From a virus (taxonomy: Duplodnaviria; Caudoviricetes), in the IMG/VR virus record IMGVR_UViG_3300042507_005553, positions 1 through 53,703 of that record: 53,703 bases of DNA. One strand, written 5' to 3'. The notes below the pieces were generated by a model. The model saw only the letters and a program-made list of their open reading frames with translations. It did no database searches and was not told where the DNA came from. Below are positions 17,282 through 27,209 of the stretch, in pieces. Position numbers and translations under genes: made by a program. Positions within the stretch are counted from its first letter, which is position 1, and each line of letters begins with the position of its first letter.

Positions 17282-18172
17282 TTATTTCTTTTTAAATTGT
17301 TCAAACCATTCATTAAAGTCATAGTAATAAGGTTCTTGTGTTTCTTGATTAATATCTGTCCAAGACATTTTACCACCACCTTTAAAGGCTTCTCTTAAAT
17401 CTTCCTCACTATACATTCTTTTAGCTTGCCATTTGGCACCAAATTCAACCAACTTTAGAAAAGTTATATCATGGGCATTTTCTTCATAAAAATCTTCAGC
17501 AGCTTCTTCAATTGTTTCTTTATAGTCAGGGTGTCCTTTTTGAACAGGTTTATCTATCCAAAAAGTTTTATCATCTTTACCACCAAAAACTCTTGCTTCT
17601 TGTTTAGGTTCTTCTTTTGGAATCCATCTGCCTTTATTTTTCAAAGCTAGTTCTTCACTCCAAATATGTTTGCTTTCAAATCTATCATTCATTTCCACAG
17701 ATTTACCATATAAATGTTTATACATTTCAAATGATTCTTCTTGTGGAATGATGATTTTGTAAATAAATTCTCTTGGGGTAAACTGAATCATATTAACCAT
17801 TGATTCAACCTCAACCTCCTTACAACTTGGATTCTTAACAAACCATTCTAAAAACTCATCATCAATAGCTTGTACTTCATCTAAATCTTGGTCTGTTGTT
17901 AGTATGATTTTTCTTAATCCTTTATTCAGATGATGTCCTTTTTCAATACCTAAATATTGTTGCGGTTTATCACACAAGAATAAATTTCCAAAATCATCAA
18001 ACATTAAAGTCCAATCACCTTCTTTAATTTCTTCATCAGAAGTGATGTAGATGTGTTTTGCAATATTGTTTGGATGTTGTTCAGGAAATTCATCCAATTC
18101 TAATCTCCTTCTTAAATTGTTTGTCCATAACCTACTTGGTTTATCTGTTGGTAATAAATAAATATTTTTCAT
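17282..18172 (-). CDS. modular hypothetical protein (ETIEEAAE...GAKWQ...EWFEQFKKK family)
   Basis: C-terminal modules shared with 18522-18785. Confidence 0.7.
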   Translation of the reverse strand: MKNIYLLPTDKPSRLWTNNLRRRLELDEFPEQHPNNIAKHIYITSDEEIKEGDWTLMFDDFGNLFLCDKPQQYLGIEKGHHLNKGLRKIILTTDQDLDEVQAIDDEFLEWFVKNPSCKEVEVESMVNMIQFTPREFIYKIIIPQEESFEMYKHLYGKSVEMNDRFESKHIWSEELALKNKGRWIPKEEPKQEARVFGGKDDKTFWIDKPVQKGHPDYKETIEEAAEDFYEENAHDITFLKLVEFGAKWQAKRMYSEEDLREAFKGGGKMSWTDINQETQEPYYYDFNEWFEQFKKK

Positions 18173-18175
18173 ATA

Positions 18176-18319
18176 TTATTTTTTAAATTCTTTTGTAATT
18201 AATTTTCTAGCAATTTCATATTTTTTATCTGAAAGAGTTCCGTATATTCTATGAGTGTTAAGAATGCTAATTGCTTCAGTTTTGGAAGATGCACTACTAA
18301 TTATCTTTTTAATGTTCAT
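18176..18319 (-). CDS. small hypothetical protein
   Basis: probable start MNIKKII downstream of promoter. Confidence 0.5.
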   Translation of the reverse strand: MNIKKIISSASSKTEAISILNTHRIYGTLSDKKYEIARKLITKEFKK

Positions 18320-18335
18320 AGTTATTTGTTTTTTA

Positions 18336-18400
18336 TTATACGTCAATATATGAACCCTGTTCCGTTTCGCCAAATTTCCCATATGACACAATTATGACGT
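18336..18400 (-). promoter_or_regulatory. phage early promoter repeat
   Basis: matches repeat consensus. Confidence 0.72.
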
Positions 18401-18401
18401 C

Positions 18402-18450
18402 TTTACATTAAAAGAGGCCCGATTCTACGGGCCTATTACTTTATTAAATT
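18402..18450. terminator. hairpin repeat upstream of promoter (copy at 18866-18912)
   Basis: AGGCCCG-attcta-CGGGCCT stem; flanks conserved between both copies. Confidence 0.55.
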
Positions 18451-18521
18451 GTTTTATAATTACCAATATGATTGATCCAAGCATTAAAGAAATTCCTATT
18501 ATTCCAAATATTCCCATAATG

Positions 18522-18785
18522 TTATTTCTTTTTAAATTGTTCAAACCATTCTTTAAATCCTTCAGAAAATTTATCTTCTATATTAGGATTATTACCTTCG
18601 GCATATTCCCCATTCCAACCTTCACCAGTTATTTTAATAGCTGAAAAATATGCTTCTCTTATATCTTCCTCACTATACATTCTATCTGCTTGCCATTTAG
18701 CACCTTCAATAAAAGCATCTTCATTATAAGGTTGCTTGGCCCAATATTTTTCAGCAGCTTCTTCAATTGTTTCTTTATTTTTCAT
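18522..18785 (-). CDS. modular hypothetical protein (ETIEEAAE...EWFEQFKKK family)
   Basis: paralogous to C-terminus of 17282-18172. Confidence 0.7.
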   Translation of the reverse strand: MKNKETIEEAAEKYWAKQPYNEDAFIEGAKWQADRMYSEEDIREAYFSAIKITGEGWNGEYAEGNNPNIEDKFSEGFKEWFEQFKKK

Positions 18786-18799
18786 TTTATCTGTTTTTA

Positions 18800-18863
18800 T
18801 TATACGTCAATATACGAACATCGTTTTGCTTCGCCAACCTTTTCATATGACGCTGTTGTGACG
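18800..18863 (-). promoter_or_regulatory. phage early promoter repeat
   Basis: near-identical to 2316-2380. Confidence 0.8.
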
Positions 18864-18922
18864 TTTTACATTAAGATAGGCCCGATTTTACGGGCCTATT
18901 ACTTTATTAAATTATTTTATTT

Positions 18923-19162
18923 TTATATCTCGCGTATTTCATCGAATGTTTTTAATACCATCTCTATTACTTTCTTACCATCAATATTATTGGTTTTAGA
19001 TAATTGCTTTAGTGTTTTCTCCAAAACAGTTAACTTAGATATAATTAATCCTTCAGGACCCGTTTTGTTTTGGAATTTACCTATTATATTTTTAGATATA
19101 TTTTCATTAAGTATAGACTGTATTTCTTCCTTAATAATTTGTTGTAAGTCTGATTTTTTCAT
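18923..19162 (-). CDS. small protein with MKKSDLQQIIKEEIQSILNE leader
   Basis: leader motif plus ATATTTATT upstream. Confidence 0.6.
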   Translation of the reverse strand: MKKSDLQQIIKEEIQSILNENISKNIIGKFQNKTGPEGLIISKLTVLEKTLKQLSKTNNIDGKKVIEMVLKTFDEIREI

Positions 19163-19285
19163 TTTATAATAAATATGTATTAGTTTGATAAAGATGATTC
19201 TATTAGAACAAACTCACCTAATTCAGATATACTCTTTATAATTGTTGGTTTATAAATAGTGAATTTTGAGGTTCAGTATGTATCA

Positions 19286-20842
19286 TTAATTATCTTGATT
19301 ATCTTCTAAATTTGTTTCCTCTTTTTCTTGAGCATCTGATTCCATAAGAATAAATCTTTTACTTTTTAATTTATAAGCTTCGTAGTATTCTAATTTTTCT
19401 ACTCTTAATACAATCCCTTCTTCAGGAACTTTATTTGCACACATATAGCAATCTTTTTCGTTATAGGATTCTTCTAAGTGTTCTAAAAATTCTACTCTCC
19501 AAGTTTCTACATCTTTATAAGATAGCATTTCTTCATTTGTAACAATTTTTGCTTTACCTCTATCATAATAATTAGAAGCTTTACCATAATAAATAAAAGT
19601 ATCTTTATATAATAATCCTACTTTTTCACAATATTCTTCTATTTGTTTATCAGTAAGATATATTACCTTACCATCAGAATTAACTACAGATATTTTATAA
19701 ACATAAAATTTGTGTCTTGGTTTTTGTAAAGATTTAAGGTTATTAAAATCTTCTAAAGTAGCACCATGATTTTTTATTAAATTATCAATAGTAGGAACAT
19801 ACTTCCAATTTATATCAAAAAATAAATTATTATCTTGTAAATATTTTAGTTTTTCTTTTTTATTTATAGAATCCCACAATGTTTGATAACTTCTTTTAGA
19901 AGTTTCTTCTGAAGGAGAACAACCGTAATCATATTTACCTTGAATAGGACCTCCTCCAGGAATAAAGCCCAATACTTCACCATATAGTGTCCAATTTTTA
20001 GGAATTAAATGGCCTATTTCTTTAGCTACCACTCCCCAAATATCATCTCCATAATAACCTACACCAGTTTCTTCATTTAAATATTGATTTTTTATTACTT
20101 TTCTTGAACTGTAAACAATATCATATTGAGTATCAATTACTTGTATTCCTAATTTTTTGGCAACTCTTTCATACCACTTTAAATTTTTCTTTACTAATAC
20201 ATTTCCTACTACAATAGAAGTTCCATGTTTTTTGTAGTGGATTCCAATAATATCATCAGGATTAATTTTATGTATATTTTTCCTTAAATTATCAGTATCA
20301 TTATGAAAATAAAATTGATTTTCTACTAATCTATCGATTTTTTTAGATTGTTTAGGAGCACTTCCTCCAGGATTACCATTTCTACAAGGAACAAAATACT
20401 TTTCACAAATAGTAATATCATTAATAATATTAAATTCATCTCCAACTTTTAATTCTCTTTCATAATCTTTACCCCACATTTCTAAGTCTATACCCATATT
20501 TAAACTTTCTAAAGGCATTAATATACCATCACTGATAATACCTTTTAGTTTAATAGCTTTTACCCTAAATTGTTTATGTGATATATAACCTTTTACTTTA
20601 TTTCTGTTCATTTCTGCATCTGTAAGTAAATCATTATATTTACAGTAATCTACATTTAATTTAGTACCAGATACAAAATAAAGCATAATATCACCTATTT
20701 TAACATTTTTAGAAACAACTACATCATTTCCATTTACTAAACATCCTTGTATTTTATCAGCTCCTTCAATAGGATATAAATGTTCTATTTTTATTACTGA
20801 ACATGCATAGTTTTCACTACCTTCTTTAATTTTTAATTTCAT
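19286..20842 (-). CDS. ATP-dependent RNA ligase (Rnl2/DRB0094-like)
   Basis: N-terminal PIEGADKI, motif I KKHGTS, YGEVLG, FYVYKI, EGIVLR, YKLKSKRF. Confidence 0.8.
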   Translation of the reverse strand: MKLKIKEGSENYACSVIKIEHLYPIEGADKIQGCLVNGNDVVVSKNVKIGDIMLYFVSGTKLNVDYCKYNDLLTDAEMNRNKVKGYISHKQFRVKAIKLKGIISDGILMPLESLNMGIDLEMWGKDYERELKVGDEFNIINDITICEKYFVPCRNGNPGGSAPKQSKKIDRLVENQFYFHNDTDNLRKNIHKINPDDIIGIHYKKHGTSIVVGNVLVKKNLKWYERVAKKLGIQVIDTQYDIVYSSRKVIKNQYLNEETGVGYYGDDIWGVVAKEIGHLIPKNWTLYGEVLGFIPGGGPIQGKYDYGCSPSEETSKRSYQTLWDSINKKEKLKYLQDNNLFFDINWKYVPTIDNLIKNHGATLEDFNNLKSLQKPRHKFYVYKISVVNSDGKVIYLTDKQIEEYCEKVGLLYKDTFIYYGKASNYYDRGKAKIVTNEEMLSYKDVETWRVEFLEHLEESYNEKDCYMCANKVPEEGIVLRVEKLEYYEAYKLKSKRFILMESDAQEKEETNLEDNQDN

Positions 20843-20855
20843 GATTGATTTATTT

Positions 20856-21095
20856 TTATATTAATTTAGCAAATTTTCGGGTACTCCCATCTTCATATAA
20901 TTCATCAATAATCTCAAATTCGACTATATTATTATCTTGAATTCTCGCTTCAAAATTATCAAATATTTTCCCTAACGAGTCAAAGTCTTCAACGTTTCTT
21001 GGATGAAGAGGTAATGAATTTTGATTTTTCTTTATGATATTTTCCCCAATAGACTCATCATAAGTTATAAACCATCCAATATTTGTTTTTTTCAA
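20856..21095 (-). CDS. hypothetical protein
   Basis: 79 aa ORF in operon. Confidence 0.6.
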   Translation of the reverse strand: MKKTNIGWFITYDESIGENIIKKNQNSLPLHPRNVEDFDSLGKIFDNFEARIQDNNIVEFEIIDELYEDGSTRKFAKLI

Positions 21096-21832
21096 TTCTC
21101 CCCTTCATAAAATTTAATTTTGATTTCTAAAATATTCCCATTACTACTCAATGTACCAAACTTTCCATCAGTAACCACACTCCCATTACTAAAAATAGTA
21201 TCATACTTTGATAGTTGTAAAACCCCAGCATTGATAATATCTTTACAATTATGGATATGACCAAATAAACACATTTTAGGTTGTATTTTAATTACTCTTT
21301 TCATCAAAGCACTACAACCACATCTTTCCAAATCACCATTTTTATTATACGAAAAATCAAGTATTCCTTTAGGTGGTCCATGTACTACTATAATATCAGT
21401 ATCATCAGGAATATGTTCCCACACTCTACTAATCTTATCTCTTGCCTTCATAAAATGCCAATTACCAAAAGTAGGCGTAAATGGTGAACCCCATATTTTA
21501 ATACCTTCTACTATAACATAATCATTTTCAAGATATATTATACCTAAATCATTAAATGTTTCCTTATCAATTAATCCTTTTTCAATAGCATACTCATGAT
21601 TACCAGCAACAAATATTTTATACTTAATATTTAATGAATAAAACCAAGTTAAAAACTTTCTCACTTCAGTTTCATTATCATATAGACCTGTAAGCAAAGT
21701 ACAATCACCTGAGAATATTACCATATCTATCCCTTTAGGGACTTGTAATAAGTCGTGGTAGGTGTGTGTATCGCTTATATGCCATATTTTCATAATGGCT
21801 TCTCTCGGACTATTTATGTTTATTTTATTCAT
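21092..21832 (-). CDS. calcineurin-like metallophosphoesterase
   Basis: HISDTH, FSGD, VAGNHE, VHGPP, FGHIH. Confidence 0.9.
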   Translation of the reverse strand: MNKININSPREAIMKIWHISDTHTYHDLLQVPKGIDMVIFSGDCTLLTGLYDNETEVRKFLTWFYSLNIKYKIFVAGNHEYAIEKGLIDKETFNDLGIIYLENDYVIVEGIKIWGSPFTPTFGNWHFMKARDKISRVWEHIPDDTDIIVVHGPPKGILDFSYNKNGDLERCGCSALMKRVIKIQPKMCLFGHIHNCKDIINAGVLQLSKYDTIFSNGSVVTDGKFGTLSSNGNILEIKIKFYEGEN

Positions 21833-21848
21833 AATATTTATTTCTTTA

Positions 21849-21912
21849 TTATACGTCAATATACGAACACCGTTTTGATTTGCCAAATTTCTCGCATGAC
21901 GCTTACATGACG
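21849..21912 (-). promoter_or_regulatory. phage early promoter repeat
   Basis: matches repeat consensus. Confidence 0.75.
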
Positions 21913-21919
21913 TTTTATA

Positions 21920-22600
21920 TTACTCGTAAGATTCTATGTCTATTTTGTATTTCCAAACATATCCATAAGCTGTTTTTTGTCTTCCGGATGCACAATCTGC
22001 TATACTATTATTTGATTTACCAAGATATCTACATGCTTCTTTAGCAGAGGGAAATGTTTGAATTTTTTCTCCATTAAGGGAAAATTGTGTTATTTCTTTT
22101 TTAAAGGGTGAATTTTTTCTTAAGTTTTTAGAACGTTCAGGATTTGAATAACATTCATGTCCTTGTTTAGCTTGTGATATCTTTTTCTTAGTTTCTTCCG
22201 AACGTTTTAATCCTGTTAATAATTTACTTTTGTTTTTCCTCCCCTCTTCGGTCATTTTATATTCCATACCTGTTTTAGCTAAACTTATTTTTTGTTTAGT
22301 TTCTTCACAACAGTGTCCTCTTCCATCTCCCAGTTTACAATTTAAACCTTCTTCTAATGAACAGTAATGTTCTCCCCAATATATTTCTCTTTCATTTAAT
22401 TGATCCAAACAACATTCTTCAATTATTTCAAATATGTGTTGTTCCCAACCGTGTTTTTGAAGTGAATTATACATTTTAGGTCCTATATTATTTTTATTGG
22501 TTTTAAAATTTGTATAATTCTTCTTTCTATTTTCTATATTAACAGATTGACCAATATAAACTTTATTACTCGGGCTTGTTATTTTGTAAATACCTATCAT
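21920..22600 (-). CDS. GIY-YIG homing endonuclease with NUMOD3/NUMOD1 repeats
   Basis: MIGIYKIT...VYIGQS, EETKQKIS repeats, KTAYGYVWKY; probable start 22600. Confidence 0.88.
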   Translation of the reverse strand: MIGIYKITSPSNKVYIGQSVNIENRKKNYTNFKTNKNNIGPKMYNSLQKHGWEQHIFEIIEECCLDQLNEREIYWGEHYCSLEEGLNCKLGDGRGHCCEETKQKISLAKTGMEYKMTEEGRKNKSKLLTGLKRSEETKKKISQAKQGHECYSNPERSKNLRKNSPFKKEITQFSLNGEKIQTFPSAKEACRYLGKSNNSIADCASGRQKTAYGYVWKYKIDIESYE

Positions 22601-22646
22601 TTTATGATAAATATTACTAAAAATACGAAGTACGCTGTCTGGGGAT

Positions 22647-23726
22647 TTATTCGTAATCTTCCCTCGCAATTTTTATAACAAATCCAAATCTCGGTATATG
22701 ATCTGGAGTTAGGTTGAAATATTTAACTGTTGCTGTTTTTCCGATTAGTTGGTGTTTTGTATTCCACATTTTTGTACATTCTTCCCAATTAAATTTAGGA
22801 CTAGCTTTAAAGCGTTTACCATCTCTATTTTCAAATACAAATGCTCCTACCATCCCACTTTTATTCCCAATTCCTTCTTCAATATCTAAAATTGTATATT
22901 CTTCATCAATAAATGACTTGTGCTTTAAAAGCGATTTACTACGTTTATTCTCATATTTGCTATTTAAACGAACCATTTGTCCTTCATAGTTGTTAACAAC
23001 ATAGTTCTCATAATAAGCCATTAGTTCCGTTTCGTTATTAGCAATGCGGGTTTCAACTAATTTACAACATTTTGGTAAAATTAATTCAAGTAATATTTCA
23101 TACCTATCAGAAAACACACCACTACAACTTGGTAAGTCATAAATGTGATATTCAATAGATTTAGCACTATCTTCTAAATCTTGTGGTGTTGGTTTTGTTT
23201 TCTTTACTAACGAACATATAGCATTAAAGTCGGTTGCAAATTTATCAGCATATAACTCTCCATCAAATATAAGATTTGGATTAATTTCAAATAATGGTTT
23301 TAACGCTTCAAATATGTGTGGGGCTGAAATTATTGGTTTGCCTGTTCTTGACCACATTCCGTCTCGTTTCACCAAACAGCGAATACCATCTAGTTTCGGT
23401 TGACTATAAAGGGGATATTTGATTTTGTGCTTTTCCTTATTGAAATCGTGAGCGAGCATCGGTTCAAAAAATGTCTCATTATCTATATCGGAAACATTTT
23501 CGAATGAACCGCTTTCCATTTTCTTTCGATGAATTGCTGTGGCTTCTTTTATTGCTTGCTCTTCAGCAGTACAATACGTTTTGGCATTACATACTGTTGG
23601 AAGAGATGTAGTTTTAACTCCATCTGAAAATCCGGTTACAGTATAATACTTGTTTCCTTCAATGTGAATTGTGAATGTATTTATCTTGCCGTTTACCGAC
23701 CTAGAATACAGTGTTGATAATTTCAT
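22647..23726 (-). CDS. lig: ATP-dependent DNA ligase
   Basis: PMLA, QPKLDGIR, FDGELY, YHIYDL, YEGQMVR, KRSKSLLKHK, OB-fold PRFG. Confidence 0.92.
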   Translation of the reverse strand: MKLSTLYSRSVNGKINTFTIHIEGNKYYTVTGFSDGVKTTSLPTVCNAKTYCTAEEQAIKEATAIHRKKMESGSFENVSDIDNETFFEPMLAHDFNKEKHKIKYPLYSQPKLDGIRCLVKRDGMWSRTGKPIISAPHIFEALKPLFEINPNLIFDGELYADKFATDFNAICSLVKKTKPTPQDLEDSAKSIEYHIYDLPSCSGVFSDRYEILLELILPKCCKLVETRIANNETELMAYYENYVVNNYEGQMVRLNSKYENKRSKSLLKHKSFIDEEYTILDIEEGIGNKSGMVGAFVFENRDGKRFKASPKFNWEECTKMWNTKHQLIGKTATVKYFNLTPDHIPRFGFVIKIAREDYE

Positions 23727-23747
23727 AACCTTTATTTTTTATTTTAA

Positions 23748-23811
23748 TTATACATCAATATACGAACGTTATTTGGATTTGCCAAATTTTTCATATGACG
23801 CTGTGGTGACG
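23748..23811 (-). promoter_or_regulatory. phage early promoter repeat
   Basis: matches repeat consensus. Confidence 0.75.
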
Positions 23812-23814
23812 CCT

Positions 23815-24078
23815 TTACATTAAGAATTTATTTGCTATTTTTACAATTATATTCTCTTCTTCCATAGATAATAACATTTTGTTATATGGTCTTCTTAATT
23901 TTCTTAGTGCTTCATAATATTCATATTCACATATTATTTGTGATTCAAATATATTTTCTCTTTCTTTTAAAATAAACTCTAGTATATTATTTACTATTAA
24001 TTCATTTTTATCATGGGATAATTCAAAGTTACCATATCTTCTCCAAATTTCTTCCTTTAATTCTTCAGGTGTTTTCAT
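23815..24078 (-). CDS. hypothetical protein
   Basis: 87 aa ORF. Confidence 0.55.
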   Translation of the reverse strand: MKTPEELKEEIWRRYGNFELSHDKNELIVNNILEFILKERENIFESQIICEYEYYEALRKLRRPYNKMLLSMEEENIIVKIANKFLM

Positions 24079-24449
24079 TTTTTGTTATATTTATTTAGTT
24101 TTTATATAAATTGTATCTATTTTTGATTTTGTTTCTAAAACAGATTTATGTTTTATATATTCTTCTGAAGGAATAGCTAACCAAGCTGTAAAAATAATAA
24201 ATGATACACTTAGTATTGATCCTACTATTTCTTTTATATAATAACTATTTTCCATTTTTATTTTTTTTTAATTTATTTATAAATCTTCTTTTACTATTCT
24301 ATTGTAGTACACTTGTAAAAAGAACTCTAATAATATAAAATATAACCAATCTCTTACTAAAGGAGTATTTGTTAAATCTTTCATTATTAGAGTTATAAAT
24401 ATTATACAAGGTATTAATAATAGATGTTTTAAATTGTTTTTAGCCATTT

Positions 24450-24683
24450 TTATTTATTTTGTTTCTCCAAGTTGGATGAAACTTCATTAAGAAGTTGTCC
24501 CAATTTAATTTTTCTTCTTTCTTCATAATTTTTTGTAAATTGACTTAATTCTCCTAAAAAATCCCCATTATATTTACTATATAGAGTATTTATGTTAGTT
24601 ATTTGTTGTAATAATAACTCTTTTTGAGTTTCATACTCAGTATCTATTGATTTTTTTTGTTTTAATGTATCTAGATAATTCAT
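24450..24683 (-). CDS. hypothetical coiled-coil protein
   Basis: 77 aa ORF. Confidence 0.55.
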   Translation of the reverse strand: MNYLDTLKQKKSIDTEYETQKELLLQQITNINTLYSKYNGDFLGELSQFTKNYEERRKIKLGQLLNEVSSNLEKQNK

Positions 24684-24747
24684 AATTTTATATTTTTTGT
24701 TTTACGGGTATAAATTCTATACCATTAATTGTTCTTATCCACATTGT

Positions 24748-25011
24748 TTAATATTTTAACATTTCTTGTATTTGTTTCTTTTTTATAAGTCTTGATTGAA
24801 TAACTTTACCTCTAATAACATTTTCTTTGTCTTCACTATCTTTAAACCAAATCCATCTTAAATCTTTTTCATCTAATGAATCATCTTTAGAAACAAATCT
24901 TAAATATCTCATATTATTAGAATCACCAGGATATTCTTTATCCTCATATTTATCATAATCAAGTTTAAAATCCATAGATTCTGCTAGAGATATTATTTCT
25001 TCTTTATTCAT
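24748..25011 (-). CDS. hypothetical protein
   Basis: 87 aa ORF. Confidence 0.6.
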   Translation of the reverse strand: MNKEEIISLAESMDFKLDYDKYEDKEYPGDSNNMRYLRFVSKDDSLDEKDLRWIWFKDSEDKENVIRGKVIQSRLIKKKQIQEMLKY

Positions 25012-25237
25012 CTTGTAATTTTTTTAATTGTTCTTGAAGTTCTTCCACATATATTTTACGAATATCCCAATTAATAGCAACCATTTCATTTGTAATAAAA
25101 TCTATTTGTGCTTGTAATATTTGTTGCTTTACATATTTAGAATTAGCTCCTGCTATAAAACATTGCTCTACTAATCCATCTTCACTTCTTTCAATATCAT
25201 CTGAATAATTTTGTGCTTCTTTATTTATATCTATCAT
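25004..25237 (-). CDS. hypothetical protein
   Basis: 77 aa ORF, overlapping start/stop. Confidence 0.6.
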   Translation of the reverse strand: MIDINKEAQNYSDDIERSEDGLVEQCFIAGANSKYVKQQILQAQIDFITNEMVAINWDIRKIYVEELQEQLKKLQDE

Positions 25238-25602
25238 AATTGTGTATTTTTAATTTTATTAATTGCATATCTTATAGCTCCATCATAAGATTGTTCTTGT
25301 ACATAATAACTATCTACATGATATACCCATCTTTTAGGAGTTTTACCATCATCATAACAAGTTCTACCTATGAATATGTTATGTTCTTTTTTAAACCAAT
25401 CTATTACTTGTTGATAAAGTGGTGCTATATATTGAAATCTAGTAGTATTGTTATTGTCTTTTTCTCTTCCCAATTGAAATATAATTTCTCCTGTAGGGTT
25501 TTCCCATTCTGTAACAATTACCCATCTACCTAAACAAGATTCATTAAATCCTAATTTTTCTATTTCTGAAGCTAAATCATAAGATAAAAAGTATTTTTCC
25601 AT
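25234..25602 (-). CDS. hypothetical phage protein (LGFNESC...APLYQQVIDWF type)
   Basis: 122 aa ORF. Confidence 0.65.
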   Translation of the reverse strand: MEKYFLSYDLASEIEKLGFNESCLGRWVIVTEWENPTGEIIFQLGREKDNNNTTRFQYIAPLYQQVIDWFKKEHNIFIGRTCYDDGKTPKRWVYHVDSYYVQEQSYDGAIRYAINKIKNTQL

Positions 25603-25622
25603 TTTTATAAGTTTTATTTTTA

Positions 25623-26207
25623 TTAATAATACCCTTCTATAATAGCTATTTCTTTAGATAGTTTTTTAATATCTAAGTCTTTTATCTTAGTAGTAGAAGG
25701 TTTTTTTAGTTTGTTACAAATATCTTGTATATATTTAGAGGTATTGTTTTCACAAGGAGGAGCATATTTTTGTATACATTCTTGTATAGTATTTTCTGCA
25801 TATTTAGTTTGTAGAAGAATTTCAAGAGCTTTAAATCCTTGTTCTTCACTAGGAAAGTATAAAAACTCCCCATTTATAGAACTTATTGTACCTATTGCTA
25901 AAGCATCTATTTGTTTATTTCCTGGTCTTATATTACCTGGATTATAGCAAAATTTAGCTATATTTTTATTTCTGTCTAGGGTTATTTCTGTTAAACCTGA
26001 TCTGAGCACAACTAATTGTTGTAAAGTATCATGTATTATTGTAGTATTTGTTGTTGTTTTAGTTATTACTCTAGGGTTTGAAGAACCTATTGCTATAAAT
26101 AGTAAGAAAAGTACTATAGATATAGGTATATTTATTAAAATTAACTCTATAAAAGTTAACTTTTGTAAACCTATTTCTTTATTGTTTATTTTATATAATT
26201 TAATCAT
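25623..26207 (-). CDS. membrane-anchored lysozyme-like protein
   Basis: N-terminal hydrophobic segment; NPGNIR, KYAPPCENNTSKY, IIEGY motifs. Confidence 0.6.
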   Translation of the reverse strand: MIKLYKINNKEIGLQKLTFIELILINIPISIVLFLLFIAIGSSNPRVITKTTTNTTIIHDTLQQLVVLRSGLTEITLDRNKNIAKFCYNPGNIRPGNKQIDALAIGTISSINGEFLYFPSEEQGFKALEILLQTKYAENTIQECIQKYAPPCENNTSKYIQDICNKLKKPSTTKIKDLDIKKLSKEIAIIEGYY

Positions 26208-26215
26208 TTTGTTTT

Positions 26216-26452
26216 TTATTTTGGATAAGTAAGAAATCTATTACCTACATCTAAGCCTGATATTCTAGAGTTTAGGTATTCTTTTTTAATTTCGTCTTGA
26301 ATATTATTAAATGATTCCATATCTTTCTCATAATAATCAGTAAACATAATATACAATCCTTTATCAGTGTCAAGTATATTAAATCTATGACCATCATAAA
26401 TTCCTGATGTTACTATTACTATATAATTTGGTTTATCTTCAATTTTTAACAT
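26216..26452 (-). CDS. hypothetical protein
   Basis: 78 aa ORF. Confidence 0.55.
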   Translation of the reverse strand: MLKIEDKPNYIVIVTSGIYDGHRFNILDTDKGLYIMFTDYYEKDMESFNNIQDEIKKEYLNSRISGLDVGNRFLTYPK

Positions 26453-26483
26453 TTTATTTATTTATTTAGATGATTTAATTAAG

Positions 26484-26558
26484 TGGACCAATCTGGATTC
26501 GAACCAGAGACCTACTGATTATGAGTCAGGTGCTACTAACCAACTGAGCTACAAGTCC
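26484..26558 (-). tRNA. tRNA with CAT anticodon (Met or Ile2)
   Basis: GGACTTGTAGCTCAGTTGGTTAGTAGCACCTGA-CTCATAA-TCAGTAGGTCTCTGGTTCGAATCCAGATTGGTCCA; acceptor stem imperfect. Confidence 0.8.
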
Positions 26559-26698
26559 ATTTTCCCTAACTTCATCTAATACGTCTATTAGAGAGTGGTT
26601 AGGTAATCCATTCTAACTTATACCTTGGGTTATTCGTTTATATGGAAAAAAACCACAGGAAGTGTGCTGTTCTTATGATAAGCATCGTGGTATTATTG

Positions 26699-26802
26699 TA
26701 GTCAGGACAGGAATCGAACCTGTATGATGAATTTATAGAGAATTTCGTTGTACTTCCTATTTCACCTACTCTGTATAGCGTCTACCGTTCCGCCACCTGA
26801 CT
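26699..26802 (-). ncRNA. tRNA-like RNA C (AGTCAGG family)
   Basis: AGTCAGGTGGCGGAACGGTAGACGC...ACAGGTTCGATTCCTGTCCTGACTA. Confidence 0.6.
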
Positions 26803-26967
26803 ATATTAAAAATAAAACTCCAACTCAGAGGGGTATTTGTTGTACCGTCACAATCGGTGCCTGTACTCTGGTTAATTACTCCGTCTGTACTCAACAGCTT
26901 TATGTTGACTTATAATTGGCTATTTCAATACAACTCACAACTTTATTTGTTGAGGCTTTATTTTTGC

Positions 26968-27062
26968 CGTCAGGACAGGATTCGAACCTGTAATCTAACT
27001 AAAGATACCAATCACGTCTTTTTAGTTCCTTAGAATGTGCGTTACCAATTCCGCCACCTGAC
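26968..27062 (-). ncRNA. tRNA-like RNA D (AGTCAGG family)
   Basis: AGTCAGGTGGCGGAATTGGTAACGC...ACAGGTTCGAATCCTGTCCTGAC. Confidence 0.6.
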
Positions 27063-27209
27063 TATTTACGGCTACATTTTTTTATAAGGTTGCCCGATGC
27101 TTTCCTTATTGTTCCTTATTCTCCTACCCTTTTATTTCGAACTAACCTGCTTTACTTAAACGAGTTTACATTAATTTTTATTAATTTCAAGGGTACAGGT
27201 TATTAATTT

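Noticed and set aside
13007-27062. Calling the AGTCAGG elements functional tRNA-Leu/Ser
   Set aside because: D-arms are Leu-like, but none has a canonical 5 bp stem with 7 nt anticodon loop.
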